From contig CM059432.1 of the NCBI GenBank assembly GCA_030390025.1, forward strand, positions 34,474,001 through 34,538,000: DNA of 64,000 bases, given 5' to 3'. Every line of letters starts with the position of its first letter. Position 1 is the first letter of the stretch. Below the pieces are notes generated by a model. It was not told the origin of the DNA and ran no database searches. It worked only from the letters and a program-made list of their open reading frames with translations. The translations under genes and the position numbers were made by a program. Positions 41,172-53,799 of this stretch are shown here, in pieces. Origin of the DNA: Squalus acanthias (lineage: Eukaryota).

Positions 41172-41950
41172 AACATAAGAAATAAGAGCAGGAGTAGGCC
41201 ACACGGCCCCTCAAGCCTGCTCTGCCATTCAATAGGATCATGGCTGATCATTGACCTCAACTCGACTTTCCCACCCGTTCTCCGTATCCCTTGATTCCCC
41301 GAGAGTCCAAAAATCTATCCATCTCAGCCTTGAATATACTCAAAGACTCAGCATTCACAGCCCTCTGCGGCAGAGAATTCCAGAGATTCACAACCCTCAG
41401 TGAAGAAATTCTTCCTCCTCTCAGTCTTAAATGGCCGACCCCTTATCCTGAGACGATGCCCCCTAGTTCTAGACACTCCAGCCAGGGGAAATAACCTCTC
41501 AGCATTTACCCTGTCAATCCCCTTCAGAATCTTATATGTTTCAATGAGATCACCTCTCATTCTTCTAAACTCCAGAGAGTATAGGCCCATTCTACACAAT
41601 CTCTCATCATAGAACAGCTCTCTCATCCCAGGAATCAATCTAGTGAACCTTCGTTGCACCGCCTCCAAGGCAAGTATATCCTTCCTTAGATAAGGAGACC
41701 AAAACTGTGCACAGTACCCCAGGTATAGTCTCTCACCAAGGCCCTGTACAATTGTAGCAAGACTTCCTTACTCTTATACTCCAACCCCCTTGCAATAAAG
41801 GCCAACATGCCATTTGCCTTCCTTATTGCTTGCTGTACCTGCATGCTAGCTTTCTGTGTTTCTTGCATGAGGACACCCAAATCTCTCTGAACACCAACAT
41901 TTGAAAGTTTCTCACCATTTAAAAAATATTCTGTTTTTCTATTCTTCCTA
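41172..41950 (-). mobile_element. CR1 LINE 3' fragment, same subfamily as 2325-3320
   Basis: Shares the diagnostic frameshift RALVRDYTWGTVHSFGLLI. Confidence 0.92.
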
Positions 41951-42029
41951 TAGAGATATAGAAGCAACTGACTATGATAAGTAAACCAAATATGCCAGGT
42001 TAGCAGAGTAAAAGGTAGGATTCAGGGTT

Positions 42030-42210
42030 GTGAATATATACAGGAATGTTATACCCAGCAACACATGATGTGTTATTATATAATATACACAGGAGTGTTA
42101 TAACCAGTAACACACAGGTATATTAGAATATATACAGGAATATTATACCCAGTAACACACAGTATAGTATATAATGGATAGATGTAGGAGTGCTATAACC
42201 GGTAAGACAC
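42030..42210 (+). repeat. Minisatellite, ~47-bp unit (atatacaggaatgttatacccagtaacacac...)
   Basis: About four degenerate tandem copies next to the exon 4 donor. Confidence 0.7.
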
Positions 42211-42222
42211 AGATCTCCCTAC

Positions 42223-42305
42223 CTGGAACTGCCAAGCCCAAGGACACGGTCAACATCTTTGCTGTCTGGATCCACAGCCTCACGCTTACAGACCTCTGCC
42301 AGTTC
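42223..42305 (-). CDS. C1orf35: MMTAG2/C1orf35 coding exon 4
   Basis: ELAEVCKREAVDPDSKDVDRVLGLGSS; tttcAG acceptor, AG|GTAGGG donor; 83 nt. Confidence 0.93.
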
Positions 42306-42624
42306 CTGAAATTAGATGAGGACAAATTTTTTTTAAAGGCAGCATTCAACAACATACACCGTACAGCTCTAAGTAAACAGAGAACAATGTCTTGACTGGG
42401 ATACTTCACACCAAGAACAGCGCAGAGGGAACGGTGAGAAGCACTAGATAATAGCACAGAAGTTGAAGTGTATTGCACAGAGTAACGCACAGACTATTAT
42501 AGAAGCATACAGGGTGCGATGTATATAGAGGATCACGCCCAGGGTACAGTATATTATTTAGGGGATCACACACCTGCTGTGGTGAAGTTTCCATTCATTA
42601 TAGCATGCTTCACTCATTCCTTAC

Positions 42625-42670
42625 CTCTTTGGTTACTCCAGTAGGTTTCCTTTTGGGATTCTTGTACCCT
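42625..42670 (-). CDS. C1orf35: MMTAG2/C1orf35 coding exon 3
   Basis: GYKNPKRKPTGVTKE; ttttAG acceptor, GAG|GTAAGG donor; 46 nt. Confidence 0.92.
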
Positions 42671-42809
42671 CTAAAAGACAATAGAAGAAAATATCATATC
42701 AATTTTACGTTAAGATCCTGTTTGAGGAATTTATTACATTTCTGGCGCTCAATACGCACCATTAGTGTGAGTATTGTGAAATAGAACACTTTCTCAAACT
42801 TCCAACTCA

Positions 42810-43005
42810 AATACTCCCAGGGCAGGTTTAGCACAGGTTCAATACAGAGTAAAGCTCCTTCTACATGTCACATCAAACCCTCCCAGCTCGGATACAGCAT
42901 AGGTTAGATACAGAGTAAGGTCCCTCTACACGATCCCATCAAATACTCACAGGGCTGGTACAGCACAGGTTAGATGCTGAGCAAAGCTCCCTTAATACTG
43001 CCCCA
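42810..43005 (+). repeat. Tandem repeat, ~65-bp unit (cagcacaggttagatacagagtaaagctccctctacac...catcaaac)
   Basis: Three degenerate copies; related single copies near 18570 and 22605. Confidence 0.7.
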
Positions 43006-43899
43006 ACATGTCTTAATCCCATATTAATAGTGCCCTGATTTCCATACCTACCATTATTTGAACAAGATTATCAGTGAGACACATTTATCATTCTGAATTA
43101 TGGTCAGCTCTGTGTTGTGTATCTGGGTCAAACATGAACTAGAGTGAGACTACCTTCAAGTTGAAAGAACCGCACTGTAGAAACACCCCATCATGCAATC
43201 CCCGTGGAATGGCATTCGAATGCTCCCAACTCGAAGGGTAAGCACCCGATTGACAATGTATATATGGCAGTACATTCAAACAGCCATGTTTTCTAAACCA
43301 GTGTTGTGGCTATTGGCTAATGTATTGGACAAGTGGTTAATTGGGAATCTAGATATGGCATTTCTGATTAGTAAATAAATAATAGACACCGCCGTTGGGC
43401 ATGTGATCTCAATACGCATATTTGCATGGCATGTGCATGTGCACTTTAACCTTTTAGTGCATTTGTTGGTAAAATGGCAAGATGAAAAGCAGTGCGCAAG
43501 TGTTTTACTTCCTTACTTACTGAAGGGTGGGAGATGTTTAAGTAACTACACACATGAAGTGCATTTATTTGTATTGTGCGTAAAGCATTTTCTATTAAAA
43601 TTAGCGCATATGGCTAAAACGGTGTTGCCGTAGCCACATCTGTCAGTGGGTTGTTTTATAAAATATAAATAGTCAGTGAGTTCTATTGGACAACACTGGC
43701 CTAAACTCTGAACAGCTTCCCTGAGCCTCATCAGGCATGAAAGTAATTACAGGGGGAGCGCAAGAGTTTTTTCAAAAGACATACTGGACACATCGAGGGG
43801 TAAATACTAGCCATTCATAATGCAGTTACCTTCCCTTTAAGAAATCATCTATGCTTTGTAAATTTATTTATTTGTACTTTATAATAGTCAAAAAGTGAA

Positions 43900-44090
43900 T
43901 TATGCTGAGGTCTAGGGTTTGGATGGTTTATACACAGAATAATGGATACCCAGGAGTGAGTTACAGGCAGAAACCTAATTGAGGCGTTCGGATGGTTTAT
44001 ATACAGAATAAATGGAAATCTAGTGAGTAATTCACCAGCTGTAATTTAATGGAGGGGTTTGGATCTTCTGTGCAAAGTAATGAATACCAG
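43900..44090 (+). repeat. Tandem repeat, ~70-bp unit (ggatggtttatatacagaataatgga...gtgag)
   Basis: Two to three degenerate copies. Confidence 0.6.
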
Positions 44091-44419
44091 GTGCAATAAA
44101 CAAGTCACTTGCTTGGGTCAAGGGAGTAGCACATCAACGTTTGAAAAATCAGATCTTAACACTAAACCTTACTACATGGGACACATTCTTTGTATGCAGT
44201 AGAGCACCCATGGGACCATGTCCACGGATTCACGTTTATATACACACAGGGAAGCAGAGCTGGGTGGCACAGTCGAGTTAGCAACTGCAGCCTGCCACCA
44301 GGAAGTCTGGGGTCAAACCCAGCGTAGCAAGAATGGAGGGAAGTCAGTGAGGGCTGCTGAGAAATGGCAGGGCACCATCTTATTTATACAAAATATTGAA
44401 CCCAAAGAGGTTGTTCTAT

Positions 44420-44830
44420 AAAATATAAATTTTAAAATTCTTATCCTCGTGTTCAAATCTCCCCATCTCGGTGCATCCTCCAGCCCAACAACCCTCAGAG
44501 ATCTCTGCTCCTCCAACTCTGGCCTCTTGTGCACCCCCACTTCCTTCGACCCACCATTAACGACCATGCCTTCAGCCACCTAGGCCCCAAGCTCTGGAAT
44601 TTCCACGCCATACCTCTTTGCCTCTCTGCCTCTCCACCTCTCTCTCTCTCTCTCTCTCTCTCTCCTCCTTTAAGGCACTGCTTAAAACCTACCTTTTTGA
44701 CCAAGCTTTTGGGCACCTGTCGCAATATCTCCTTCTTTGGCACAGTGCCAATCGTGGTCTAATTACAGTCCTAGGAAACACCTTGGAATGTTTCACTACG
44801 TAAAAGGAACTATATAAATGCAAGTTGTTG
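44420..44830 (+). mobile_element. L2 LINE 3' fragment containing (CT)n
   Basis: FKILILVFKS; HAFSHLGPKLWN; tail ctatataaatgcaagttgttg. Confidence 0.8.
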
Positions 44831-44924
44831 TAAGGGCTCACCACCACCCACCCCCCACGGGACGCCGATGGCTCAATAGGTAAATACACTGCCCAGTGTC
44901 AAGCTGTACATACAGACTAGGAAC

Positions 44925-45450
44925 GTATTGCATCCAGTGCTGGTCACCACACTTTAGGAAGGATGTGAAGGCACTTGAGAGGGTGCAGAGGAGATTTACC
45001 AGAATGGTTCCGGGGATGGGAGATCTTAGCTACAAGGACAGGTTGGAGAAGCTGGATTTGTTTTCATTAGAGCAAAGGAGGTTGAGGGGTGATTTGATAG
45101 AGGTGTACAAGATTATGACGGGTTTGGATAGGCTAGACGGGGAAAAGCTGTTCCCACTAGTTGATGGTACAAGGACTAGGGGACACAGATTTAAGGTTTT
45201 GGGCAAGAGATACAGGGGGGATGTGAGGAAAAACTTTTTTTACACAGTGAGTGGTGAGGACCTGGAACTCGCTGCCGATGGAAGTGGAGACACTCAATGT
45301 TTTCAAAGGGGAGACTGGATCGGCACTTGAGGGAAATAAACTTGCAGGGCTACGGGGATAGAGCGGGGGGATGGGACTGACTGGATTGCTCTAGAGAGCC
45401 AGCACGGACTGGATGGGCCGAATGGCCTCCTTCTGTGCCTCTATGACTCT
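44925..45450 (+). mobile_element. CR1 LINE 3' fragment
   Basis: WSPHFRKDVKALERVQRRFTRMVPG..RRLRGDLIEVYKI. Confidence 0.9.
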
Positions 45451-45649
45451 CCTGATCTATGACTGTCCTTAGTTTGCAGGTGTGTCAACGTGGGGTGCAG
45501 CCCTCACGGTTGAATGGCTTTTCAGTATGCCATATGGAAGCTTGGGCGAAGGTTGCAGGGCTGCCTCTGCCCGCAAAATTGTAGGCCAGAGCCTTCAGGA
45601 GAGGAGGGGAGACAATGGGGGAACGGCACAGCCAATTCTCAGGACTCAC

Positions 45650-45800
45650 AGTGCTGCCATCAGGGCCTCTTGTTCAGCTCTTCGAACAGCCATCAGCTCC
45701 TCATTGCGAGACTGCGCCCCCTCTGTTTTCTTCCCCTTCGCGTACCAGGTGAGGTCCTTCCCTTTCTGCCATCGTCCAACTGGTGCCATCAGTGAGTTTC
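45650..45800 (-). CDS. C1orf35: MMTAG2/C1orf35 coding exon 2
   Basis: [51 protein letters not shown], the conserved MMtag domain; gcAG acceptor, GTGAGT donor; 151 nt. Confidence 0.96.
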
Positions 45801-46343
45801 CTGCATGTGATTATGAACGAGACACAAATAAATATCTATATATTTTTAAAAACAAAAAATCCTAGGGCGAGACCATTTCAGATAGGGTCCCTCCTTTCGC
45901 CGAATGTCCCAACAAAACAAAATCAGTTCATTGCAAATCCAATCGCACCAATCGCCTGCCAATCATACAGGTTTCCTGCCAATCTGCTCTTAAGGTCTGT
46001 GCAACTGGCCATTAATAAAGGGTCCACAACCTCTAATGTTTCATATTTGAAAAGTAGTTTCTGTACAATGATGTTGTTTACATTAGTGACTGTGTCTCTG
46101 CTTCTCAAGGTAGCCTGTCTGTGTGAGGAAACTTGATTAACATCAGCAGAAATAGTCAGCAACACAGGGCGCTGGAGGAAACAAGTTAGTGAGTTATCCT
46201 GTCTCAGGGATTACACCACCTCCCTCACCTCATCCCCCTCACTCCATCCCCCACTCATTGTCTCAGGAATTACACTCCTCTCCCCCACCCCTCTAACCTC
46301 CACCCCCAAACTATCCGAGCTCTTTCCCGCGGCCCCTCCTTAC

Positions 46344-46437
46344 CCAGGTAATTCTCCCGATGTTTATCCGCTTTCACCTCCTCCCAGGTGAACTGATCCT
46401 GTCCGCCGCGGACCCCGCCCCGGGCCGATCCCATCAT
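46344..46437 (-). CDS. C1orf35: MMTAG2/C1orf35 coding exon 1
   Basis: [31 protein letters not shown](G) (human, recalled: [32 protein letters not shown]); donor G|GTAAGG; eight exons sum to 888 nt = 295 aa. Confidence 0.96.
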
Positions 46438-46670
46438 CTTGCGGCCGGACACAGACAACAAAAGCCAAACCGGCAGCTGCTGGAACCGCAAGCAGCCCGC
46501 GGCCTAGCAACAAACGCCACTTCCAGGCCCTGTGCTGCTCAGACTGGTGGCGCAGATGGATGACGATTTAACGCCGCCATCTTACTGAGGGGCATCTTAC
46601 TATTGGTTGGAAACCGTGCGTCGCCATTTTTGTGTGGGGCTAAATCTCTGCCGCCTTCGAGCGTACCTCA
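46438..46670 (-). promoter_or_regulatory. CpG-rich 5' UTR and promoter of C1orf35
   Basis: ETS-like acttcc at ~46519; YY1-like CGCCATCTT at ~46575 and CGCCATTTT at ~46622; ATTGG (CCAAT on -) at ~46602. Confidence 0.65.
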
Positions 46671-46683
46671 GAAAATGCTGGAA

Positions 46684-47267
46684 CTTTTATTGGTTTAAGC
46701 TGTAAATTAACAAAAAATACATTAAATGAAACTTAACAAATTAAATTAAAATTTGATTGTCCGGGGTGATGATGCACTCCAGTCCCTGCGGTGACCACCG
46801 GTCGCGGAAGGCCTCGAGCGTGCAGGCAGACACCACGTGCTCCATCTCCAGGGCCACCCGGGCGCGAACGTGGCTGCGGAAGAGAGGCAGGCAGTCGGGC
46901 CGAACGACCCCCTCGACCGCCCGCTGCCTGGACCAGTTGATGGCCACTTTGGCCAGGCCCAGGAGCAGTCCCACGAGGAGGTCGCCCGATCTGCCCGCTC
47001 CCCTCCGCACCGGGTGACCAAAGATCAGGAGCGTGGGACTGAAGTGCAGCCAGAAATCGAGGAGCATGCCCTTCAAATAGTGGAAGAGGGGCTGCAACCT
47101 CTCACAGTCCATGTATACGTGGAACACGGACTCCTCCAGGCCGCAGAAAAGGCAGGCGGCCTGGGAGTCCATGAACCTGCTTAAAACTTTATTGCACAGG
47201 TCTGCTCCGTGCAACACCCTCCAGGCCAAGTCCCCAATAGATAAAGGGAGGACTCCCGCGTAGAGAG
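46684..47267 (-). mobile_element. Tx1/L1-clade non-LTR retrotransposon 3' fragment
   Basis: DLAWRVLHGA..CLFCGLEESVFHVYMDC.RL zinc-binding C-terminal domain, open to the stop at 46741; short 3' UTR ending AATAAAAG; CpG-rich. Confidence 0.8.
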
Positions 47268-47581
47268 CAGCATCTGTGGAGAGAGAAACAGAGTTAACGT
47301 ACCTGAAACATCTCTCCACAGTATTTCCAGCATTTTCTGTTTTTATTTCAGATTTCCAGCATCCGCGGTATTTTGCTTCTGTGCTAGTGTATCTCACCTG
47401 CTTTTGTGCAGAGCAAAACCTTCTAAGTTGCCCATCACCACCTTTGTGCAGGGCAATATCACCCTTGGTGCTCATTGCCATCTTTTATGGGGCAATATCG
47501 TGGCCATTTTTACAATAGTGCGGGGCAAAAATCTTCCCCCTCGTTAGTAAAATGGTTGAGTGTTTTGAGTGGGGGGTATAA

Positions 47582-49224
47582 TGTAGGTTCAATACCAATG
47601 AGACAGGACATCCCAAAGCGCTTCATATGTAGAGTTTCGCAATTATCGCGATTCAAAATAACATGAGAGAAGCAGATTCAATTGATCATTTTTATTAAAC
47701 GAAATGCTGTCCTGATAATAAAGGACACAGAAGCCTGTAAAATGGCCGCCGCGCATCATGGCAGAAGCTTCCAGAGACACAGTGGGCAGACAAGATGGCG
47801 TCAAATATACATTCAGTATGAGATCGGATCATACTCGGTACACATTGAAAAGGCAGGATGCAACCCGTTTGCATCCTGAACAATAGCAATGATATAAGTG
47901 CTGGAATCGTTTCCTACGCACAGTAAGGATCATTGAACTGGGCCATCGAGAACCCATCCAGACACATCAATACACAAATACCCCCCCGGCTCAACAATGA
48001 GAGAGACATTGGCGGGTGATTAAGCCAGTATTCGGGGGGCCCCAAAACCAGTTGAGGAGACGATTCATACACATCCTGGCTGGCTCAACAATGGAGAAGG
48101 TATTAACGGATAGTTGGCCAGTTTCAGGTGTTACCGAAACCCATTAAGAAGATAATCGCCCCATGCTGGGAGTTTTGGGCGCCAAAATCACACAAAGGAT
48201 AACATTTAGATTTGAGCGGGAGATAAGGCCGACAAAACAGTATAACTATAGAGGACAAATGTCCATCGGTCTCTTCCTGGACTCTTCCTTGACTCTTGAC
48301 TCTTGGCTCTGGACTCTTCCTGGACTCTTCGCTGCTCTTGGGCTGGTTCCTTCGGCGGTGCTGTGCTGGTCGGTTATTCGAGTGTTGGGTGGAGCTCAAT
48401 CGCAACGAGCCGCCTCGACAGGGCAAGTAACAGGGTACACCATCCTGATCGTCGATAAACGGTGTCCGGACCCATCAGGGCAACACAGCGGTGTGTTCCC
48501 GAGCGAGGCCCGAGTGACGAGAAGAAAGACGAGAAGAAATTCCACGTGCCGCCACGGTCAGTAAACCCCGACCGCGCCCGAAGATATAACGACAGAATCC
48601 ATCTTTGAATTCTACGGACTACTGCACGATCCAGTCTGAATCCATCGACCACTTCATGACATCAGGGAATCTGGCTTACCTTTCGCGGCAGCGAGAGTAA
48701 ACAAGTGGGGTGCAGAAACCCTTACAACCACGTGACAGTCAGGCGCTGCAGCAAAACGAGCTGAGTGCCTCACTTTAAATTTCTGAAGTGAGCCGAGTGG
48801 TGAGCATGTTTTCCGATCCTACAAATCCAGACGTAGTTTAGGTATATTAAGGGAGGGTGGTTTCTAAGGTTAATGTATAATGTGTTCCCCCTTTTACGAT
48901 GTGTTGTGTGTTCCCCATTTCCATAGACCAAGTTTTATGAATGTGTGTGTGCTTGTACTCTCTTTGATCTGTACCTATGACATGTATTTCATGATTTTAG
49001 ACGCCATGCAATAAAGATATTCATTTTGTGCTATTCGACCAGGTCTATTTGAGTCTTTCTCTGCATTGCTGCTCCTTGCATCTAAGTCCAGGTGTCAGAA
49101 CCGTAAGGGCGAGTGGGTCGAACCACTCACAGGTGCTTATTGCAAAAGTCTGGCCGGAGACCAGAGCAAACAATAGTATAGGCAACGAAGGCCTCACCTC
49201 GCACCAGTACCGTGACCCCTTACA
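47582..49224 (+). mobile_element. Probable solo LTR (~1.64 kb)
   Basis: Begins TGTAGG, ends CCTTACA (TG..CA, imperfect inverted termini); flanks tataa/cataa; TATA-like at 48241; AATAAA at ~49010; no recognisable coding sequence. Confidence 0.55.
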
Positions 49225-49227
49225 CAT

Positions 49228-49505
49228 AATGTACTTTTTGAAGTGTAGTCACTGTTGTAATGTAAGAAATGTGGCATCCAATTTGTGCACAGCAAGACAT
49301 CACAAATAGCAATGATATAAATCACCAGATAATTTGTTTTAGGTGTTGCTTGAGAGATAAATATTGGCCAGGATATCTGGATAACTCTTCATACAGTGCC
49401 ATGGGATCTTTAAGGTCCACCTGAGAGCAGATGGGGCCTCGGTTTAACATCTCATCTGAAAGACAGCACCTCTGACAGCGCAGCACTCCCTCAGTACTGC
49501 ATAGT
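49228..49505 (-). mobile_element. DeuSINE body fragment
   Basis: Reverse of gatgagatgttaaaccgaggcccc..gatcccatggcact. Confidence 0.8.
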
Positions 49506-51250
49506 GTTATCAACCCTCCCTACTGGAATTGGCAATTGGTCTTCTGATTGCTGCTGCTGCCAACTCGGGAGAAACGGTTCCTGTATGCGCGATTTGCACA
49601 TGTGCAGTTCCGAGGCTGTCTTGGCTTGTAACCAATCCGCGTTGTCTGAGCCCTGCTGGTCTCCTCGCTATTCCTTACTGGTTGTGAGGATCACGGCATT
49701 GAGGCCAACGAAAACCACCTGGAAACGCCATGAATCCTGAGAGAGCAACTGGGGGAGCAGCACAAACTGGGGAGGGAGAGAGAGAGCAACTAAACTGGGG
49801 AGGGATGGACAGAGCAACTGAAACTGGGAGTTGACCAAAAACTTTAGTTAGAAGTTTTTTATATTGATGATGTTTTTGCTGAATCAGTTGTATTTATTTG
49901 GTGTTTCTCATTGCAGTCTATACTGTAGAACCATCACAGAGAAGTTTTTATTTAAGCATTACTTATTCTTAAATCTTTCTGTTCTTTTGTGTTCTTTTTT
50001 GATTTATAAATTATGTTATTCATCTAATTATAAAACAAAAAGTAAAATATTTTATTCAGAGCTTGGTGATAGGAAGACACTCAACTAAAGTAATTGCAGT
50101 AACAGTGGGAAAATGTCATGTGGTCAAATGTCATGTGATCGGCATCACGTGATCAGTATTGCGTGATTGAATGTCATGTGATCAAATCTCCAGGAATACA
50201 TCAAACCAGAATTGGCAAACCTAGTACTGCACTGAAGTGTTAGCCTAGATTCTGTGTTCAGGGCTGTGGAGTGGGTTGAATTCACAACCATCTGACTCAG
50301 AGACATTGAAGTAAAGGCTGGCTTTAGTGAAGGCATTAAACAAGTCAATGAATAAATATAATCATGTTATTGTGAAATATGTATTTTTATTTTTTTTCAT
50401 TTTGTTTAAACGCTATTTTGGACATTAGACATTTCAGTAAATGAATAAAAATGGCAAGTATAAAAATTTTCAGAATGCAGATTGCACATTCATAGTGAGA
50501 GCTTACATGGCAAAAATCCATTATAAATGTTGACACAGGAATTTATAATGCACAAATTGACAAAAATGTATGACAAGAACGTGACAACAGGAAGTCAAGT
50601 TCTGCAGACAGGTCTAATATTTTAAATAATTATACATTAGAAATATAAGCACCTGCTGAAACCCCATCTACTCATCCTGCACACTTGGCTGTAAGGCGGC
50701 AACTCCACCTGAGAAAGATCTGGGGGAGGTGGGGGTGAGGGGAGCGGGGAGGAGTGTGACAGGCCAGGGAGAAAACAAAAACAGCCAGGGTTCTTGATCC
50801 TCGTTACTATCCAGTGCCCCTTGCTGCAAAATGTATGTGGGCACTGGGTGAGGACAGGGTCAAGCTTGGTTGTGATACCTGCGCCTCCTAGCGCTCATTG
50901 CCCAGACTTTCATCTGAAGAACGGTTCACTTGGGTGACGTCGCAGCGGGTGGCAGGTTGTGAATGTGGAACTGTACCGCAGAAAACAGTCTTTGCATTCA
51001 GGCACAACAAGGGTTCATTCTTCCTGTACAGTAGTCAGCAGTTTTTTAGATTAGCAGATCAATTAATTCATATAATCCAGCTGCTTTGAACTGAGAGGGA
51101 GCGATACTTTTAACAGGCAGACTCTAGCTGAATAATGTCAGGAGCACGTTCTGTACCAAGGTGAGATCATTCAATGTCATTGTCATAGTGATTTTAATAG
51201 ATCACTTTTTTTTTGCAATAAAAACTAATCAATGAATGATTTACTATCAG

Positions 51251-51697
51251 GTGTCAGCCTTGGCTCAGTGGTCGCACTATTGCCTCTCTGAGTCAGAAGG
51301 TTGTGGGTTCAAGCCCCACTCCAGGTGCTTGAGCACATAATCCAAGCTGATACCTCAGTGCAGTATTGAGGAAGTGCTGCACTGTCAGAGTTACGACCTT
51401 CGGATGAGACATTAAACTGAGGCCCTGTCTATCCTCTGAGATGGATCCCATGTCACTATTGGAAGAAAAAGAGGAGAGTTCTCCTGTGGTCCTGACCAAT
51501 ACTTACCCCTCAAACAAACATCACTATACAGACTATCTTGATATTTGTATCATTGCTGTTTGTGGGATCTTGCTATGTGCAAATTGGCTGCCGCGTTTCC
51601 CTGCATTACAAAAGTAACTACACTTCAAAAGTACTTCAATGGCTGTAAAGCGCTTTGGAACATCCTGAGGTTGTTCTATAAATGCAAATTCTTTCTT
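51251..51697 (+). mobile_element. Near full-length tRNA-derived DeuSINE (SacSINE1-like)
   Basis: A box TGGCTCAGTGG; B box GGTTCAAGCCC; Deu-like core ggatgagacattaaactgaggccc..gatcccatg; L2-like tail ctataaatgcaa. Confidence 0.85.
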
Positions 51698-52141
51698 GAA
51701 TTTTAATACTACCGTTGCTTCCCTTCAGTGTAGCCCCCTGGTTTCCTGGAGTTGACATTTGTTGGACATGGTGCTACCTTCTCTCCCTCCCCCAGTATCT
51801 CGATAAATTAGCCATTCTTCATGTGTGAGTTAAAACAGTGAGTGTCACATGGCTATTTGGCACTGCAGATTTGCAGCTGAGTCAAATTCATTTCTAATGT
51901 TTTTCCTCTCCCTAGTCCTGGGGCGCTGAGGCAAACTGTAACACCCTCAATGCCACCCAGGTAAAGATCAGCTAACTCATGACGGAGCATAGGTCAAACT
52001 TGGGACATTCCTGATTTGTATGCTCAATATTACATCATATAGGATATTTACCAATTGGGGAGCCACTTTTTTAGTCAGGGTGCCGTCCGTTATGTGGATT
52101 GTATGCATGTTTTACAAAATGGGGCCTTACACCTGACATAT

Positions 52142-52887
52142 TGGCCCAGAAATTGATCTCGCTCTGTTCCCGCGGGGGTAAGGCTTCCCCGCGATCTCTC
52201 ACTCCACTTGTGCTTTTTCAGATCCAGCTCGCACGAACTTGATGTTCCAGACATCAGCTGGGCAGTGCTTGCGTATCCCACCGGCGTAGTGAATTCGTGC
52301 GAGCTGTGGGATCACGTGACTCAGTTAGAGCCAATGGCAGCACACCATCTTCCATTCATAAGTTTCACATACGTGCTGTGAAATCTATGAATCTTACACC
52401 CCCCCAAAATAACAGCTAAACCTCAATTAAATTTAAAAAAAAACCCATCACATTAATAAAATAAGTATAGTTAAATAAATTAACCATTTTAAATAAAAAA
52501 TTAAATTTTTGAAAAAATTTAAAATCTTTTAAAAAGTTATAAAAATAAACTTACCTGTCTTTAAAGTCTCTAAAAAAGATATACCTGTTAAAAAAAATTC
52601 AAAAAAATACTTAATTCACTACTTACCTTGTTAAAAGTGGGTCTTACTCCTCCTTTTTCCATTTCTAAAATCTTCCGTACTTATCTGCGCGTCCAAAGCA
52701 TGAAGTGCACAGCGTGCGCGCAGCCTGTAGCGCGCACGCGATGCACCGAGGAACCGCCCCCTTTTCAAAAGACCAAGTGCCGGTTTTCAGCGCATGCGCA
52801 GGGCATGCAGAAAACCGGCAATTGGAGAGAGAATACGCGAGAGTACGCAGTGCGTACTCTCGCGTCGCGGGATGAATTTTTGGCCCA
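52142..52887. mobile_element. Non-autonomous DNA transposon (Harbinger-like termini)
   Basis: Imperfect TIRs tggcccagaaatt / aatttttggccca; CpG-rich subterminal regions around an AT-rich core. Confidence 0.55.
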
Positions 52888-53343
52888 TTGTTTTGAAAGA
52901 TCTTGCAGACCATGATAGTAATGCCTGCATTGATATAGTGCCTCGTCCTGCATCGGATCCTGTCAAAACATCTCAAAGCTCTTAGCGCAGTGAATTATTT
53001 TTTGGAGTGTAGTCATTGTTGTATGGAGACAGATGTGGCAGCCATTTTGTGCACAGCAATATTCCACAAGCAGCTATGAGATTTATGACCAGCTAACTTC
53101 TTAGTTTCGGAGGGATGAACTCAATGGACCCAAAGGCCTTTTCTCATCATTCACTTTTTCTCATGTTCTCTACTCTTACTTTCTTGGCCTAGATAAGCAA
53201 GCCCATTGTCCCCTTCTGGCTCATTCATCCTGCCCATCACAGTGCCTGTTTCTTAAATGATTCAAGGGTTTTTCCCACCACCGCCCTAAGTCACATCAGT
53301 TGCTCTTCCTGCAACCTTTTGACATTTGGGAATCAGTCGTGTT

Positions 53344-53509
53344 CAATGTTCCCTCCAATTTTTGGGGGCCGCGTGGCCTCTTTAACGGGCTTTAACGGGC
53401 CCATTCAAAATTCCGCCCATTTGCGATTTTTTTCCCTTTAAAAGCCGTTGAGCCGGCTACGCGGGAGCTCCAGAGCGCTGCGCGACCACGCAGCATTAAG
53501 GGAACGTTG
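53344..53509. mobile_element. hAT-type MITE
   Basis: caatgttccc...gggaacgttg; 8-bp TSD gtcgtgtt/gtcatgtt. Confidence 0.8.
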
Positions 53510-53799
53510 GTCATGTTGCCCTTTCTGTAAACCTATCTAATATTGGGACAATGCACCAGTATGATATCTCCAATTCCCACCATGAGAGTCATCACAGCAG
53601 TGCCTGATTCTGTGCTCACCCGATGTTCACACACAAACATAGGTTGCTAACTGGCAGTCAGGAATGGGGACCCTGCTTGATTTTTTTTTGCCTGCCTAGC
53701 CCAGGGGCACCAAGATCAGTTGCAGTAACCCAACTCTCCCATTTGGCCAAGATCAGCTAACTCAGCACAGAGCAGGGATTAAGCCTGCTACTGAAAAGT

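Noticed and set aside
42030..44090. CRISPR-like repeat arrays
   Set aside because: Eukaryotic context; the units are degenerate tandem minisatellites without unique spacers
46741..47481. Longest ORF in the track (246 aa) as a host gene
   Set aside because: It is a chance fusion: the N-terminal part reads through pLTR-derived repeat and the C-terminal part is the Tx1-like ORF2 end
51262..51325. tRNA gene
   Set aside because: A and B boxes are present but there is no convincing cloverleaf, and the sequence runs straight into a SINE body
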